Shown here one piece after another: positions 1 to 9,355 of a stretch of DNA of 64,000 bases. The notes below the pieces were generated by a model. It was not told where the DNA came from. It worked only from the letters and a program-made list of their open reading frames with translations, and made no database searches. Source of the DNA: a virus (taxonomy: Duplodnaviria > Caudoviricetes); IMG/VR virus record IMGVR_UViG_3300033066_002238, positions 4,440 to 68,439 of that record; one strand, given 5' to 3'. Numbering within the stretch: position 1 is the stretch's first letter; every line of letters starts with the position of its first letter. The position numbers were made by a program, and so were the translations under genes.

Positions 1-2
1 TG

Positions 3-308
3 AAGAAGCTGGCGGATGAACTCGACGCGACCTTGGGACAGGTGCAGTCGGATGACAGGAGCGTTGACCCTGATGCGCTCGCACTCGTCAAGGAAGCCGA
101 GGAGTTTCTCGCCAAGTACGCACGAGCCTTCCAGCGGGAGCGCGAGAATCCGGGCGTGCTGCGCCCGGAGCTGTGGAAATTCGTGAACCTGCTGCGCAAC
201 ATCCTGCGCATGGACAGCGTTACGCCTGTGAACGAGCCCACCCCGGATACCTTCGCCGATCGCCCCGATGATGATGACGACATCGACGACAGCGAGCTGC
301 CCTGCTGA
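3..308 (+). CDS. Hypothetical protein, 5' partial
   Basis: Frame open from window start (KKLADELDATLGQVQ...), acidic C-terminus, TGATG overlap with next gene. Confidence 0.6.
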   Translation, partial: KKLADELDATLGQVQSDDRSVDPDALALVKEAEEFLAKYARAFQRERENPGVLRPELWKFVNLLRNILRMDSVTPVNEPTPDTFADRPDDDDDIDDSELPC

Positions 309-1210
309 TGGGGCGCAAGACAAGCATCCCGTGGTGCCACCACACCTTCAACGGGTGGTGGGGCTGCCACAAGGTGAGCCCTGGGTGCAAGCACTGCTAC
401 GCGGAGGTGTGGAGCCGGCGCACCGGCCATGGTGGGGCCGCGAGCCTGCCGATCTGGGGCCAGGCGGCGCCGCGGCGCTTCTTTGGCGACAAGCACTGGC
501 AGGAGCCGCTCAAGTGGAACGAGGACGCGCTGCGGGCGGGCGGGCCGCGCCCGCGGGTGTTCGTGAACTCGATGAGCGACACCTTCGAAGATCGGCGCGA
601 CCTGGACGCGCAGCGCGAGCGGCTCTTCGCGCTCATGGACGCCTGCCCCGGCCTCATCTTCATGCTCCTCACCAAGCGCACAGACAAGGTGGCAGACCTC
701 GCGCCCACCACCTGGATGAAGCACTGGCCGCAGCACGTGTGGCTCGGCACCACCACCGAGGATCAGGAGACCATGGGCTGGCGCGCGCCGCTCCTCCTCG
801 GGCTCAAGCGCCAGGCTGAGATCCCGGTCGTGTACCTGTCCGCCGAGCCACTCCTGGAGCGCGTGGACCTTGGCCCGGCCCTCCCTCTCGATGGCCCAGC
901 GGTCGATCTCGTGATCGTGGGTGGCGAGAGCGGGCCGCGCAAGATGGAGGTGCCGTGGGCGGGACAGATGATCTTTCAGTCGGTAGTGCGCCGCGTCCCC
1001 GTCTTCTTCAAGCAGACGGGGAGCGTTCTTGCGCGCGAGCTCGGCCTGAAGGATCTGAAGGGCGAGGACATCGAGGAAGAGGGCGTCCCGCACCACCTGC
1101 GGGTGCGCCAGCTCCCCGCGTGCGCGGCACAGGCGCATGCTCCTGTGCCGCTCCCCGCCGCCCCCAAGAGCCGCCGCGTCTTTCTCCCCACGCTCCCTGG
1201 TCTCCTCTAG
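308..1210 (+). CDS. DUF5131 / phage Gp37-Gp68 family three-Cys radical-SAM-like protein
   Basis: N-terminal TSIPWCHHTFNGWWGCHKVSPGCKHCYAE (Cx6Cx2C), VFVNSMSDTF, LLTKR, WLGTT, LSAEPLL, VIVGGESG, FFKQTG motifs. Confidence 0.9.
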   Translation: MGRKTSIPWCHHTFNGWWGCHKVSPGCKHCYAEVWSRRTGHGGAASLPIWGQAAPRRFFGDKHWQEPLKWNEDALRAGGPRPRVFVNSMSDTFEDRRDLDAQRERLFALMDACPGLIFMLLTKRTDKVADLAPTTWMKHWPQHVWLGTTTEDQETMGWRAPLLLGLKRQAEIPVVYLSAEPLLERVDLGPALPLDGPAVDLVIVGGESGPRKMEVPWAGQMIFQSVVRRVPVFFKQTGSVLARELGLKDLKGEDIEEEGVPHHLRVRQLPACAAQAHAPVPLPAAPKSRRVFLPTLPGLL

Positions 1211-1235
1211 CTGCGACGGCAGCTCAAATGAAGCC

Positions 1236-1271
1236 TTTACACATTCGTTCATTGCTTGCTATATAGCGAGC
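1236..1271 (+). promoter_or_regulatory. Sigma70-like promoter with palindromic operator; leaderless start
   Basis: TTTACA-N18-TATATA; near-palindrome GCTTGCTATATAGCGAGC (1254-1271) directly before ATG 1272. Confidence 0.6.
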
Positions 1272-1775
1272 ATGCCCGGCCCCACCACACAGCCTGCGGA
1301 TGAAGAGAAGCAGGTGGCCCGCCGCTTCGATGTGCACGTGCGTGCGCTGCGCGCCGAGGCGCAGGAGCCGGTGTCGGCCGAGCGGGCGCGGTGGCTCGCG
1401 GATCGCGCCTTCGCTGCCGCCGAGCAGCTCCTGCTGGTCCTGCCCTCCCTGGAGCGCGGGGCGGTCGGGGGCCAGGCCGCTGCGCAGGTGCTGGCGGTGC
1501 TGCAGCACCTGTCCGCCGAGGAGGCAGAGGCGCGGGTGGAGCGCCGCGCGCACATCCTGCACGCCCACGGCTACGCGCAGGAGGCGCTGCACAAGGCGCT
1601 CTCGGCGCGGCGCTGGGCGCACACCGAGCAGGTGCAGGGGCGGCGCTTTGCGATCTGGGACGTGCAGGACACGCTCATCCGCTGCGCCTTCTCCGTGCGG
1701 GAGCTCGCGCACGTGGTGTCGATCCTGCCCCTGTGCCAGCTGGTCTTAACCACTTTCGAGGAGCAGCCCCGATGA
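1272..1775 (+). CDS. Hypothetical protein
   Basis: GC3-rich ORF after promoter; ATGA-coupled to next gene. Confidence 0.7.
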   Translation: MPGPTTQPADEEKQVARRFDVHVRALRAEAQEPVSAERARWLADRAFAAAEQLLLVLPSLERGAVGGQAAAQVLAVLQHLSAEEAEARVERRAHILHAHGYAQEALHKALSARRWAHTEQVQGRRFAIWDVQDTLIRCAFSVRELAHVVSILPLCQLVLTTFEEQPR

Positions 1776-2293
1776 TCCTGCATGCCCCGGATGACGTGCC
1801 ACAGGCCTTCCGCCTCTACCTCGCTCGCGCGCTGTGCGACAAGACGCGCCCCTTGCACGGCTTTGGCACAACGCAGATCTCGGGCGCGGCCTCGCTCGCG
1901 ACGCTGCTCGGGTGCCGTGTGGCCCACGTGCTGCGCAGCTTCAACTATTACCACTGCCCCTTCTCGATGCATCGCGCCCTGGAGCACTTCAACCGCCCCG
2001 CGCGCCAACTCGGCGCCCACACCTGGCCCATGCTGGGCCTGGCGCGGCTGTCGATCCAGGGGCCATGGCTCGACATCGAGGGCGGGGACCTGGAGCATCG
2101 GCACTGGGTAGCGCTCGCCTTTGTCGATGGTATCGATATGGTCTACGACATCAACAAGGAGGAGGGGGGAGGCTGGGACACACGGGCGGAGTGGGAGACA
2201 ACCACGATGCGGCGGCTCCTCGGAGAGGACGCCGACCACGAAGGCGCCACGGGCTGGCGCTTCTTCAAGACGCTGGAGATCATTGATCCATGA
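1772..2293 (+). CDS. Papain/C39-like fold protein, catalytic Cys replaced by Ser (paralogue of next gene)
   Basis: QISGAASLA versus ASCGPAALA in the neighbour; shared WPxLGL..GPW, HWVxLAFVDG..VYD(I/V)N, GGWxTR..WE, GATGW. Confidence 0.65.
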   Translation: MILHAPDDVPQAFRLYLARALCDKTRPLHGFGTTQISGAASLATLLGCRVAHVLRSFNYYHCPFSMHRALEHFNRPARQLGAHTWPMLGLARLSIQGPWLDIEGGDLEHRHWVALAFVDGIDMVYDINKEEGGGWDTRAEWETTTMRRLLGEDADHEGATGWRFFKTLEIIDP

Positions 2294-2862
2294 GGGATTT
2301 ATACACACCGACCGATGTCAACGAAGCCGCTGCGCGCTTCAACGCCAGCTGCGGCCCCGCCGCGCTCGCCGCGGTGCAACAAAAGACCGTGTGCGACATC
2401 ATGAGAGCCTTCCCGGGGTGGCGCGGCTACTGCAACCCGAGCACGATGAAGCACGCGATCGGCCTTGTCGCCGGGCGTGACTCCTTCGACGAGAAGCCGG
2501 GGACCTTCTGGCCGCTCCTCGGCCTTGGCTTTGTGCAGTTCTGCGGCCCCTGGGAGCAGGTGAGCGTGGCCGCGTCCTACCGGCGCACGCACTGGGTGGG
2601 CCTGGCCTTCGTGGATGGCCAGTTCTACGTCTATGACGTGAACGCGGTGACGGTGGACAAGAGCGCAGCCGAGAAGATGATCGGCCAGCCGTTCACGCTC
2701 GCGAACGTCGAGAAGGTGATGGCCGCGACGCTCATCCAGGGTGGCTGGGCGACGCGCGATCAGTGGGAGAAAGACACGCTGCCGCAGCTCCTGCGCACCA
2801 CCAAGGGCGCCACCGGGTGGTACATGCGCCAGGTGCTGCAGGTGAAGAGGATCGCACCATGA
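2290..2862 (+). CDS. Papain/C39-like cysteine peptidase-fold protein
   Basis: SCGPAALAA (Cys), THWV (His), VYDVN (Asp/Asn) in papain-like order. Confidence 0.65.
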   Translation: MRDLYTPTDVNEAAARFNASCGPAALAAVQQKTVCDIMRAFPGWRGYCNPSTMKHAIGLVAGRDSFDEKPGTFWPLLGLGFVQFCGPWEQVSVAASYRRTHWVGLAFVDGQFYVYDVNAVTVDKSAAEKMIGQPFTLANVEKVMAATLIQGGWATRDQWEKDTLPQLLRTTKGATGWYMRQVLQVKRIAP

Positions 2863-4637
2863 GTCACCGCCCGCCGATCCTGCGGCTGCTGGCCGAGGAG
2901 CTGATCGTCGACAACTTCGCCGGGGGTGGCGGTGCGTCCACCGGGATCCGCTTCGCGACCGGGCGCGATCCTGACATCGCCATCAACCACGATGAGGAAG
3001 CCCTGGCGATGTACCGGGCCAACCACCCCGGCACGCAGACGCTGTGCGAGGACGTGTTTGATGCGGTGCCGCGCGAGATGACGGGCGGGCGCAAGGTGGG
3101 CCTTGGCTGGTTCTCCCCCGACTGCACCTTCTTCTCCAACGCCCGGGGCGGCAAGCCCTGGCGCGACAAGAACCGCGCCCGGCGCCGCCGGGGTCTCGCC
3201 GGGGTGGTCTTGAAGTGGGCGGCGCAGGTGAAGCCGCGGGTGATCTTCGTCGAGAACGTGCCCGAGTTCAAGAAGTGGGGGCCGCTCATCAAGAACGAGA
3301 AGGGCGAGTGGATGCCCGACCCGGCGCGCGCGGGCCAGTCGTTTCGGCGCTGGTGCTCTCGCCTCAAGAACCTCGGCTACGTGGTGGAGCTGCGCGAGCT
3401 CAAGGCCTGCGACTATGGCGCGCCCACGTCGAGAAAGAGGGTGTTCATCATCGCGAGGTGCGATGGCCTGCCGATCGTGTGGCCAAAGCCGACGCACGGG
3501 CCAGGGCGGGCGCAGCAGTGGCGCACCGCGGCCGAGTGCATCGACTGGCGCCTGCCGTGCCCGTCGATCTTCGGCAGGAAGAAGCCGCTCGCGGCAGCGA
3601 CCCTGCGGCGCATCGCCAGGGGCATTCAGCGCTACGTGCTGGAGGCGGAGCGGCCCTTCATCGTGCCCCTGACACACCAGGGCAGCGATGAGCGGGTCTA
3701 CTCGGTGGATGAGCCGCTGCGCACGGTGACCGGCGCGCAGCGCGGAGAACAGGCGCTGGTGGCCCCCGTGCTGGCGCGCATCGGGCAGACGGGGGGGAAC
3801 GGATCCTACTCGAACGATGTGGGGGATCCGCTGACGACCGTCACCACCAAGGCAGAGCACCTGCTCGTGGCGCCGCTGCTGTCCCCGGTGAAGACGTGGG
3901 GCGGGGGCGGCAACGAGGCATCCCCCGCTGATCAGCCGCTGCGCACGGTGACGACATCGAAACGCGGGGAGCACGCGCTCATCATCCCGACTCTCATCCA
4001 GACCGGCTATGGGGAGCGCGACGGCCAGGCGCCGCGGGTGCCAGGGCTCGACAAGCCCCTTGGCACGGTGGTGGCCGATGGCCAGAAGCACGCGCTGGTG
4101 ACGGCCTTCCTGGCGCAGCACTTCGGTGGTGGCAAGAACGGCGTGCAGACCCCGGGCCTGCAGATGACGCTGCCGCTTGGAACGGTGACCGCGACCGATC
4201 ACCACGCGCTGGTGACAAGCAGCCTGGTGAAGCTCAAGGGCACGTGCAAGGACGGGCAATCTGTCACCGAGCCGCTTGGCACCGTGCAGGCGCAAGGGCG
4301 GCATTATGCCGAGGTGAGGGCCTTCTTGATGGCCTACTACACCGCGGACCAGGACGCGCAGCTCGGCCTGCCCCTGCCCACCGCGACCACCAAGCACCGC
4401 TTCGCGATCGTGACGGTCGAGGGGGTCGATTACGCGATCGTTGACATCGGCATGAGGATGCTGGAGCCGCGGGAGCTCTACAACGCACAGGGCTTCCCGC
4501 GCGAGTACGTGATCGACCCGATCCACAAGGGCAAGCGCTTCACCAAGACCGCGCAGGTGGCGAAGTGCGGCAACAGCGTGCCGCCCCCGGTCGCGGCGGC
4601 GCTGGCCAGGGCGCAGTTCGCTGAGGACGCGGCCTGA
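2859..4637 (+). CDS. DNA cytosine-C5 methyltransferase with repeated PLxTV-type TRD units
   Basis: VDNFAGGGGAS (motif I), SPDC (IV), ENVPEF (VI), RKR (VIII), C-terminal MRMLEPRELYNAQGFP and GNSVPPP. Confidence 0.93.
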   Translation: MSHRPPILRLLAEELIVDNFAGGGGASTGIRFATGRDPDIAINHDEEALAMYRANHPGTQTLCEDVFDAVPREMTGGRKVGLGWFSPDCTFFSNARGGKPWRDKNRARRRRGLAGVVLKWAAQVKPRVIFVENVPEFKKWGPLIKNEKGEWMPDPARAGQSFRRWCSRLKNLGYVVELRELKACDYGAPTSRKRVFIIARCDGLPIVWPKPTHGPGRAQQWRTAAECIDWRLPCPSIFGRKKPLAAATLRRIARGIQRYVLEAERPFIVPLTHQGSDERVYSVDEPLRTVTGAQRGEQALVAPVLARIGQTGGNGSYSNDVGDPLTTVTTKAEHLLVAPLLSPVKTWGGGGNEASPADQPLRTVTTSKRGEHALIIPTLIQTGYGERDGQAPRVPGLDKPLGTVVADGQKHALVTAFLAQHFGGGKNGVQTPGLQMTLPLGTVTATDHHALVTSSLVKLKGTCKDGQSVTEPLGTVQAQGRHYAEVRAFLMAYYTADQDAQLGLPLPTATTKHRFAIVTVEGVDYAIVDIGMRMLEPRELYNAQGFPREYVIDPIHKGKRFTKTAQVAKCGNSVPPPVAAALARAQFAEDAA

Positions 4638-4906
4638 TGCGCTCCTGCATCGAGTTGGCCCGGCTCCTGGCCGCCCGCAAGGGCATCGCCTGGGAGATGG
4701 AGCTCACCCAGGCCGAGAAGCTGCTGCTGGCGCGCCGGGTGCTGCGGCAGCAGGCCCAGATCGCGGACCTGCAGCGCAAGCTCAAGGTGGCGCTGCACCG
4801 GTGGGAGGATGCCGAGGACAACGCGGCCCAGCAGGGGCAGGCATACGAGCGGCGCATCGAGGTGCTGAGCGCGCAGCTGGCGGTGGCGGAGAAGGGCGAT
4901 GGATAG
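4637..4906 (+). CDS. Hypothetical coiled-coil protein
   Basis: TGATG-coupled ORF with heptad-like sequence. Confidence 0.65.
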   Translation: MRSCIELARLLAARKGIAWEMELTQAEKLLLARRVLRQQAQIADLQRKLKVALHRWEDAEDNAAQQGQAYERRIEVLSAQLAVAEKGDG

Positions 4907-5393
4907 CCTGCTTGGCGCCGGCGCCGCCACCGCGCCCCAGAACAACCGCCCCGACCGCGCGGACCTGGCCGACCCGCTGAGCCGCGGGGACGCCCGCGCC
5001 GCCGCGCCGCGCCGCACCGATGCGCGGCCCCTGCCCAAGGTGGAGTGGCCGAGCTGGGCCAGCGCCTGGCTCGCCGCGCCCGATGCCGCCTGCTACCTGC
5101 CCGCTGCGGAGGAGCCCACCCCGGCCGCGCAGGGTGCCCGGGGGCGCTTCCCGCTCGGGGGCTTGGTCCGGGCCACGGTGCGCCTGGCGGTGCCGCGGGC
5201 GGGGACGCTCGGCGTCGTGGTGGGCCACACCGCTTTGGGCGAGGTGTGCGTGCGCCAGGCGCCCGGGAGCCTGCTGGCGATGCCGGTGCCCGCTGCGCAG
5301 CTGATGCTGGAGCAGACCCCGGCGCCGCCCCCTCCCGAGGCTGTGAACCCGGTGCCGAACGAGGACGAGTACGACGATGAGGAGCTGCTATGA
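4899..5393 (+). CDS. Hypothetical protein
   Basis: Overlap-coupled ORF, acidic tail. Confidence 0.6.
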   Translation: MDSLLGAGAATAPQNNRPDRADLADPLSRGDARAAAPRRTDARPLPKVEWPSWASAWLAAPDAACYLPAAEEPTPAAQGARGRFPLGGLVRATVRLAVPRAGTLGVVVGHTALGEVCVRQAPGSLLAMPVPAAQLMLEQTPAPPPPEAVNPVPNEDEYDDEELL

Positions 5394-5836
5394 AGCGACG
5401 TGAGGCGGCGACCGACCGCCAGCAAGAGGTGCTGGACTTCATCAACAGCTACGCCACGGCGCACGGCTACCCGCCGACGCTGCGCGAGATCGGCAAGGGC
5501 CTCGGCATCCAGTCGACCAACGGGGTGACCGATCACCTGAAGGCGCTGGAGAAGAAGGGCTACGTGCAGCGCACGAAGCTGCACTCGCGCGGCATCGTCC
5601 TTGTGCAGGAGCAGCCCGTCAGGGCGTGCGGCGCGCCCGGCGCACCGCCACCGCCCGGGGCCGCGGTGGAAGAGGCGGTGCAGGAGACAGCGCGCCTGCG
5701 CCAGCAGCTCATGGCCGAGCTCGCGCGCCTGGAGGGCCTTGGCTCCGAGATCGTCGAGAAGATAGAGCTGCACGAGAAGGGCCACGGAGCAAAGGCGCGT
5801 ACCTCGCTCACGTTCCTGCGCCGGGTGCTGGCATGA
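5390..5836 (+). CDS. LexA-type winged-helix DNA-binding domain protein lacking the S24 peptidase domain
   Basis: [48 protein letters not shown], then coiled-coil tail. Confidence 0.85.
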   Translation: MKRREAATDRQQEVLDFINSYATAHGYPPTLREIGKGLGIQSTNGVTDHLKALEKKGYVQRTKLHSRGIVLVQEQPVRACGAPGAPPPPGAAVEEAVQETARLRQQLMAELARLEGLGSEIVEKIELHEKGHGAKARTSLTFLRRVLA

Positions 5837-6126
5837 GCGCCGGGGCCTTCAGCATCGGCGGGCGCACGTGGCCGGGCCTCTCGAAGCTCATCGAGGAGGC
5901 GGGCGAGGTGCTGCAGGTGGCGGGGAAGCTCATCGCCACCGGGGGCCTCGCGCAGCACTGGGACGGCTCGAACCTGCGGGAGAGGCTGCAGGAGGAGCTT
6001 GGCGATCTCACCGCCGCGGTGCGCTTCTTCGCGCGCGTGAACAACCTGGACGAAGACGTGATCGCCAGGCGGGCGCGGGAGAAGGAGAAGACCTTCTGGC
6101 AGTGGCACACGGAGCAGGGGCGATGA
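5833..6126 (+). CDS. MazG-like NTP pyrophosphohydrolase
   Basis: [13 protein letters not shown] and LQEELGDL acidic motifs. Confidence 0.8.
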   Translation: MSAGAFSIGGRTWPGLSKLIEEAGEVLQVAGKLIATGGLAQHWDGSNLRERLQEELGDLTAAVRFFARVNNLDEDVIARRAREKEKTFWQWHTEQGR

Positions 6127-6878
6127 CGCGCCCCCTCTCGACGACCCCCCCCCGCGCCATCCCCTTCACCTTCCGCGGCGCGCCCTGGGTGGCGGAGCTG
6201 CGCGGGAAGCGCAAGGTGGTGCTGCTGCAGGCGGGCCGCGAGCTCGTCACCGGCTCCTGGGTGAACGGCCTGCTCACGCAGGTGGCGCCGGCCCCGGGCT
6301 CGGAAGGCGCGGTGCGCGGCATCAGCGTGGAGGCCTCGGCCGCGCTGCGCAAGCTCGCGGCGGGCGACGGCCAGCAGGAGCTGCTCGCGACATCGGAGGC
6401 CATGGTGCGCCAGGAGGTGAGCGACGCGATCGGGGCGCTGCCCGACGTGCTGCTCCTGTCCAACCCCATCGGCACGGCGCAGTTCCCCACCGAGCGGGGC
6501 AAGTACCGCTACGTGGACTATGGCCTGGAGGTCGGGAGCCCCGATCTCGTGGCGATGATGGGATACCGTCAGCCGCTGGTGGCCGCGCTGCCGCGCTCCA
6601 GCAGGATCGTCTTCGAGGGTGGGATCTGGTGGCTGCGGGGGGCGCAGTGGCTGGGCCTGGAGCTCAAGGCCCCGGGCAAGGCGCCCAAGGAGCACCAGGA
6701 GGACTGCCACCGGCGCTGGGAGGCGCACGGCGCATGGATCTGGCCCGCGATCACAAGCGGGGCGCAGGCCATGGCGGCGATCGAGGAGGCGCGGGCGCTC
6801 TTGCGAGCGACAGGGGCAGAGCCTTGCGAGGTCGATCGGGCGCTCCTTGCGGGCATCCGGGCCGACGGTGGCACATGA
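6123..6878 (+). CDS. VRR-NUC / PD-(D/E)XK nuclease domain protein
   Basis: GSPDL...LELKAPG..PKEHQ motif pattern. Confidence 0.75.
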   Translation: MTRPLSTTPPRAIPFTFRGAPWVAELRGKRKVVLLQAGRELVTGSWVNGLLTQVAPAPGSEGAVRGISVEASAALRKLAAGDGQQELLATSEAMVRQEVSDAIGALPDVLLLSNPIGTAQFPTERGKYRYVDYGLEVGSPDLVAMMGYRQPLVAALPRSSRIVFEGGIWWLRGAQWLGLELKAPGKAPKEHQEDCHRRWEAHGAWIWPAITSGAQAMAAIEEARALLRATGAEPCEVDRALLAGIRADGGT

Positions 6879-6890
6879 TACGATCTCATC

Positions 6891-7214
6891 ATGGCAGAAG
6901 GCTCGCCGCCGTCCTCCAAGAGCCCGGTGCGGCTCATCGTGATGTCACGCGCGCTCGCCGGGGTGACACAGTTCTCGGGGCTGGAGCACCACGATGGCGG
7001 ATGGCAGGGAGTGCTATCAATCTCCGTCGCTGGTGTGGTGCTGGGCCTGAAGGTGCAGATCGAGGAGAGGCGCGATGAGAGAAAAGCCGCAGACGCAAAA
7101 GCGCGAGGATGGATCTACATCGTCGCTGGCTCCCCCGAGGAAGCCGCTCGCAAGATCGAGCTCGCCCACCACGAGATCGACCGCTACCTCGCCGCCCACA
7201 TCAGGACCCACTGA
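6891..7214 (+). CDS. Hypothetical protein
   Basis: GC3-biased ORF between nuclease and Dam. Confidence 0.55.
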   Translation: MAEGSPPSSKSPVRLIVMSRALAGVTQFSGLEHHDGGWQGVLSISVAGVVLGLKVQIEERRDERKAADAKARGWIYIVAGSPEEAARKIELAHHEIDRYLAAHIRTH

Positions 7215-8010
7215 GGAGGCAGGCCCCTTCCTCAAGTGGGCGGGCGGGAAGCGGCGCCTCGTGCCGGTGCTGCTATCGCACCTGCCGCGCGCGTGGAAGG
7301 CCTACCATGAGCCGTGCCTGGGAGGCGGGGCGCTCTTCTTCGCGCTGCATGGCCGCTACGAGGTGGCCTACCTGTCCGACGTGAACAGCGACCTTCTGAG
7401 CGCCTACCTCGCCGTGCGCGACCGCCCCGAGCATCTCCTGCAGGAGCTCGCGGGGATCCCAGTGACGCCGGAGGCCTTCGAGAAGATGCGGCGCGTGGAC
7501 GCGGACAGGCTGAATCACCTGGCGCGCGCGGCGCGCACGCTCTACCTCGGGCGGTGCTGCTTCAACGGCCTGTGGCGCACGAACGCCGCGGGGCGCTTCA
7601 ACGCGCCGTGGGGCAAGTACAAGGCGCCGCTCGCGCCGGTGCCGCGCCTGGTTCGCGCCGCGTCCCCGGCCCTCCAGCGCACCATCTTGCGGGCGCAAGA
7701 CTTCGAGGCCTCGCTGCGCCTCGCTGGGCCGGGGGATCTGGCCTACCTCGATCCGCCCTACGACGGCACCTTCGCCGCCTACACCAAGGGCAAGTTCACG
7801 CAAGAGGATCAGCGCCGGCTCGCCACCGCCGCCCGCGCCGCCGCCGCGCGCGGGGTGCTGGTGATGGTCTCAAACTCCGCCACCCCCCTCATCCGCACGC
7901 TCTACGCGGGCTGGCGCTTCGTGCGCGTCACAGCCCCCCGGTCAATCAGCTGCAAGAGCAGCACCCGCACGCAGGAGGAGCCCGAGCTGCTCCTGCTCTC
8001 CTGGAGGTAA
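7075..8010 (+). CDS. dam: Dam-family DNA adenine methyltransferase (start uncertain)
   Basis: PFLKWAGGK, EPCLGGGALFF, SDVN, CFNGLWRTNAAGRFNAPWG, YLDPPY. Confidence 0.88.
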   Translation: MREKPQTQKREDGSTSSLAPPRKPLARSSSPTTRSTATSPPTSGPTEEAGPFLKWAGGKRRLVPVLLSHLPRAWKAYHEPCLGGGALFFALHGRYEVAYLSDVNSDLLSAYLAVRDRPEHLLQELAGIPVTPEAFEKMRRVDADRLNHLARAARTLYLGRCCFNGLWRTNAAGRFNAPWGKYKAPLAPVPRLVRAASPALQRTILRAQDFEASLRLAGPGDLAYLDPPYDGTFAAYTKGKFTQEDQRRLATAARAAAARGVLVMVSNSATPLIRTLYAGWRFVRVTAPRSISCKSSTRTQEEPELLLLSWR

Positions 8011-8015
8011 CCCCG

Positions 8016-8063
8016 ATGTCATCGAAGAAGACCCTGGCCCCCCGCCCCTGGACCCCGCGCAAG
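8016..8063 (+). pseudogene. 5' stub (MSSKKTLAPRPWTPRK) of a phage gene interrupted by the thyX segment
   Basis: ATG with GGAGG RBS after dam; same frame as the start-less ATPase fragment at 9759. Confidence 0.45.
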
Positions 8064-8152
8064 GCGGTCTCGGTGGCGTCGAAGGCGCGCTTGTAGAACT
8101 CGCCAGCGGCGCTGGCGTCATTGACGGTCAGGTAGGGGACGATCTGCGGCAT
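8062..8152 (-). pseudogene. Truncated VOC/glyoxalase (PhnB-like) gene fragment
   Basis: RBS GAGGAG plus MPQIVPYLTVNDASAAGEFYKRAFDATETA matches the VOC N-terminus; similarity stops after about 30 aa. Confidence 0.7.
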
Positions 8153-8230
8153 GGTCAGCTCCTCTGGTTTGCTGGGTGCAAGCGCCTTTTTATGCCGCAC
8201 CAAAACAAATGTCCAGAGAAAATCCGCTGG

Positions 8231-9196
8231 CTAGAGCGCCAGCTTGGCGCGCAGCTCCGCCTGCTCGCGCTTGCTCAGGCCCAGCGCCTCCAGGTCGGGC
8301 TGCTCACCGCGGATCATGCTGCGCACCGCGGCCAGCTCCTGGCGCGAGAGCTCCGCCGCGTGCAGGCGGTAGTCGCAGAAGGCCTCCCAGGCGGCGGGGA
8401 CCCAGTCGGCCACCAGGCCGCCGATGGCCTCGGCATAGACGCGGATCTCGCGCTGGGCGTGGCTGTGCAGCCGCAGCGCCAGAAAATGCAGCAGGTTGTG
8501 CAGGTCGATCTTCCAGTACCACTGCGTGTAGTAGTTCAGCGTCAGGTTGATGCGCGCCAGCTCGCGCGCCAGCCCGTCGCGCTGCGGGTCGATGATCTGC
8601 CCGCCCTCGTCTTCGTTCAGCAGCTCCTGGTAGTGCGCGTAGCAGCGCTGCGCGTCATCGCGCAGCAGTTCCAGCACCGCCTGCGCCTGCTCCGGCGCCA
8701 GCGCCTGCGCCTCCCGCCCCTGCCGGTTGCTCTGCGACTGCGCCGCCAGGTCCTCCGCCCGCGGCAAATAAAACTCCCGATCCAGCACCGAATATCTCCC
8801 TGAATACTCATTCACGCTCGCCGTCCGGTGCCTGATCCACTGGCGGGCGATGAAGATGGGGAGCTTGACGTGGAGCTTTAGCTCGCACATCTCCAGGGGG
8901 GTGGTGTGGCGGTGGCGCATCAGGTAGCGGATCAGGCCGCGGTCATCGCGCAGCTTGGTGGTGCCGCGGCCGTAGGACACGCGCGCCGCCTGCACGATGG
9001 CGCCGTCATCGCCCATGTAGTCGACCACGCGCACGAAGCCGTGATCAAGCACCGGGGTGGCCTCAAAGAGGCGCGCCTCCAGCGCGGGCACGGTGGGGCG
9101 CCGCGTCGGCTGCTGCGCGGCGCGCGCCTCGTCGATGGCCTGCTGCTCTTCGGGGCGGAGGGGGTTGCCCGGGAGGGTGGTTCCAGAGTCCGACAT
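8231..9196 (-). CDS. thyX: Flavin-dependent thymidylate synthase ThyX
   Basis: [25 protein letters not shown], ThyX motif [33 protein letters not shown]. Confidence 0.97.
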   Translation of the reverse strand: MSDSGTTLPGNPLRPEEQQAIDEARAAQQPTRRPTVPALEARLFEATPVLDHGFVRVVDYMGDDGAIVQAARVSYGRGTTKLRDDRGLIRYLMRHRHTTPLEMCELKLHVKLPIFIARQWIRHRTASVNEYSGRYSVLDREFYLPRAEDLAAQSQSNRQGREAQALAPEQAQAVLELLRDDAQRCYAHYQELLNEDEGGQIIDPQRDGLARELARINLTLNYYTQWYWKIDLHNLLHFLALRLHSHAQREIRVYAEAIGGLVADWVPAAWEAFCDYRLHAAELSRQELAAVRSMIRGEQPDLEALGLSKREQAELRAKLAL

Positions 9197-9355
9197 CTCG
9201 GTCGTTGTAGCACAGCCGCGCGCCAACCACCAACTCCACCGCGGCGGCCCTACAGCGCGCCCGCGCCGCGAGGGTGCGCCACCGCCACAGACCCCGCCGC
9301 GAGGGCCCCACCGTGACCGCGCTTTCGCGCTAAAATGATCAAAGGCAGGTCATCC

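Noticed and set aside
2760-4526. Long antisense ORFs (e.g. 2760-4526 minus, 33093-35168 plus, 36794-38203 plus, 48523-49995 plus, 50365-51882 minus)
   Set aside because: Shadow frames of real GC3-biased genes; no motifs, Arg/Ala/Gly/Pro-rich, expected in high-GC DNA
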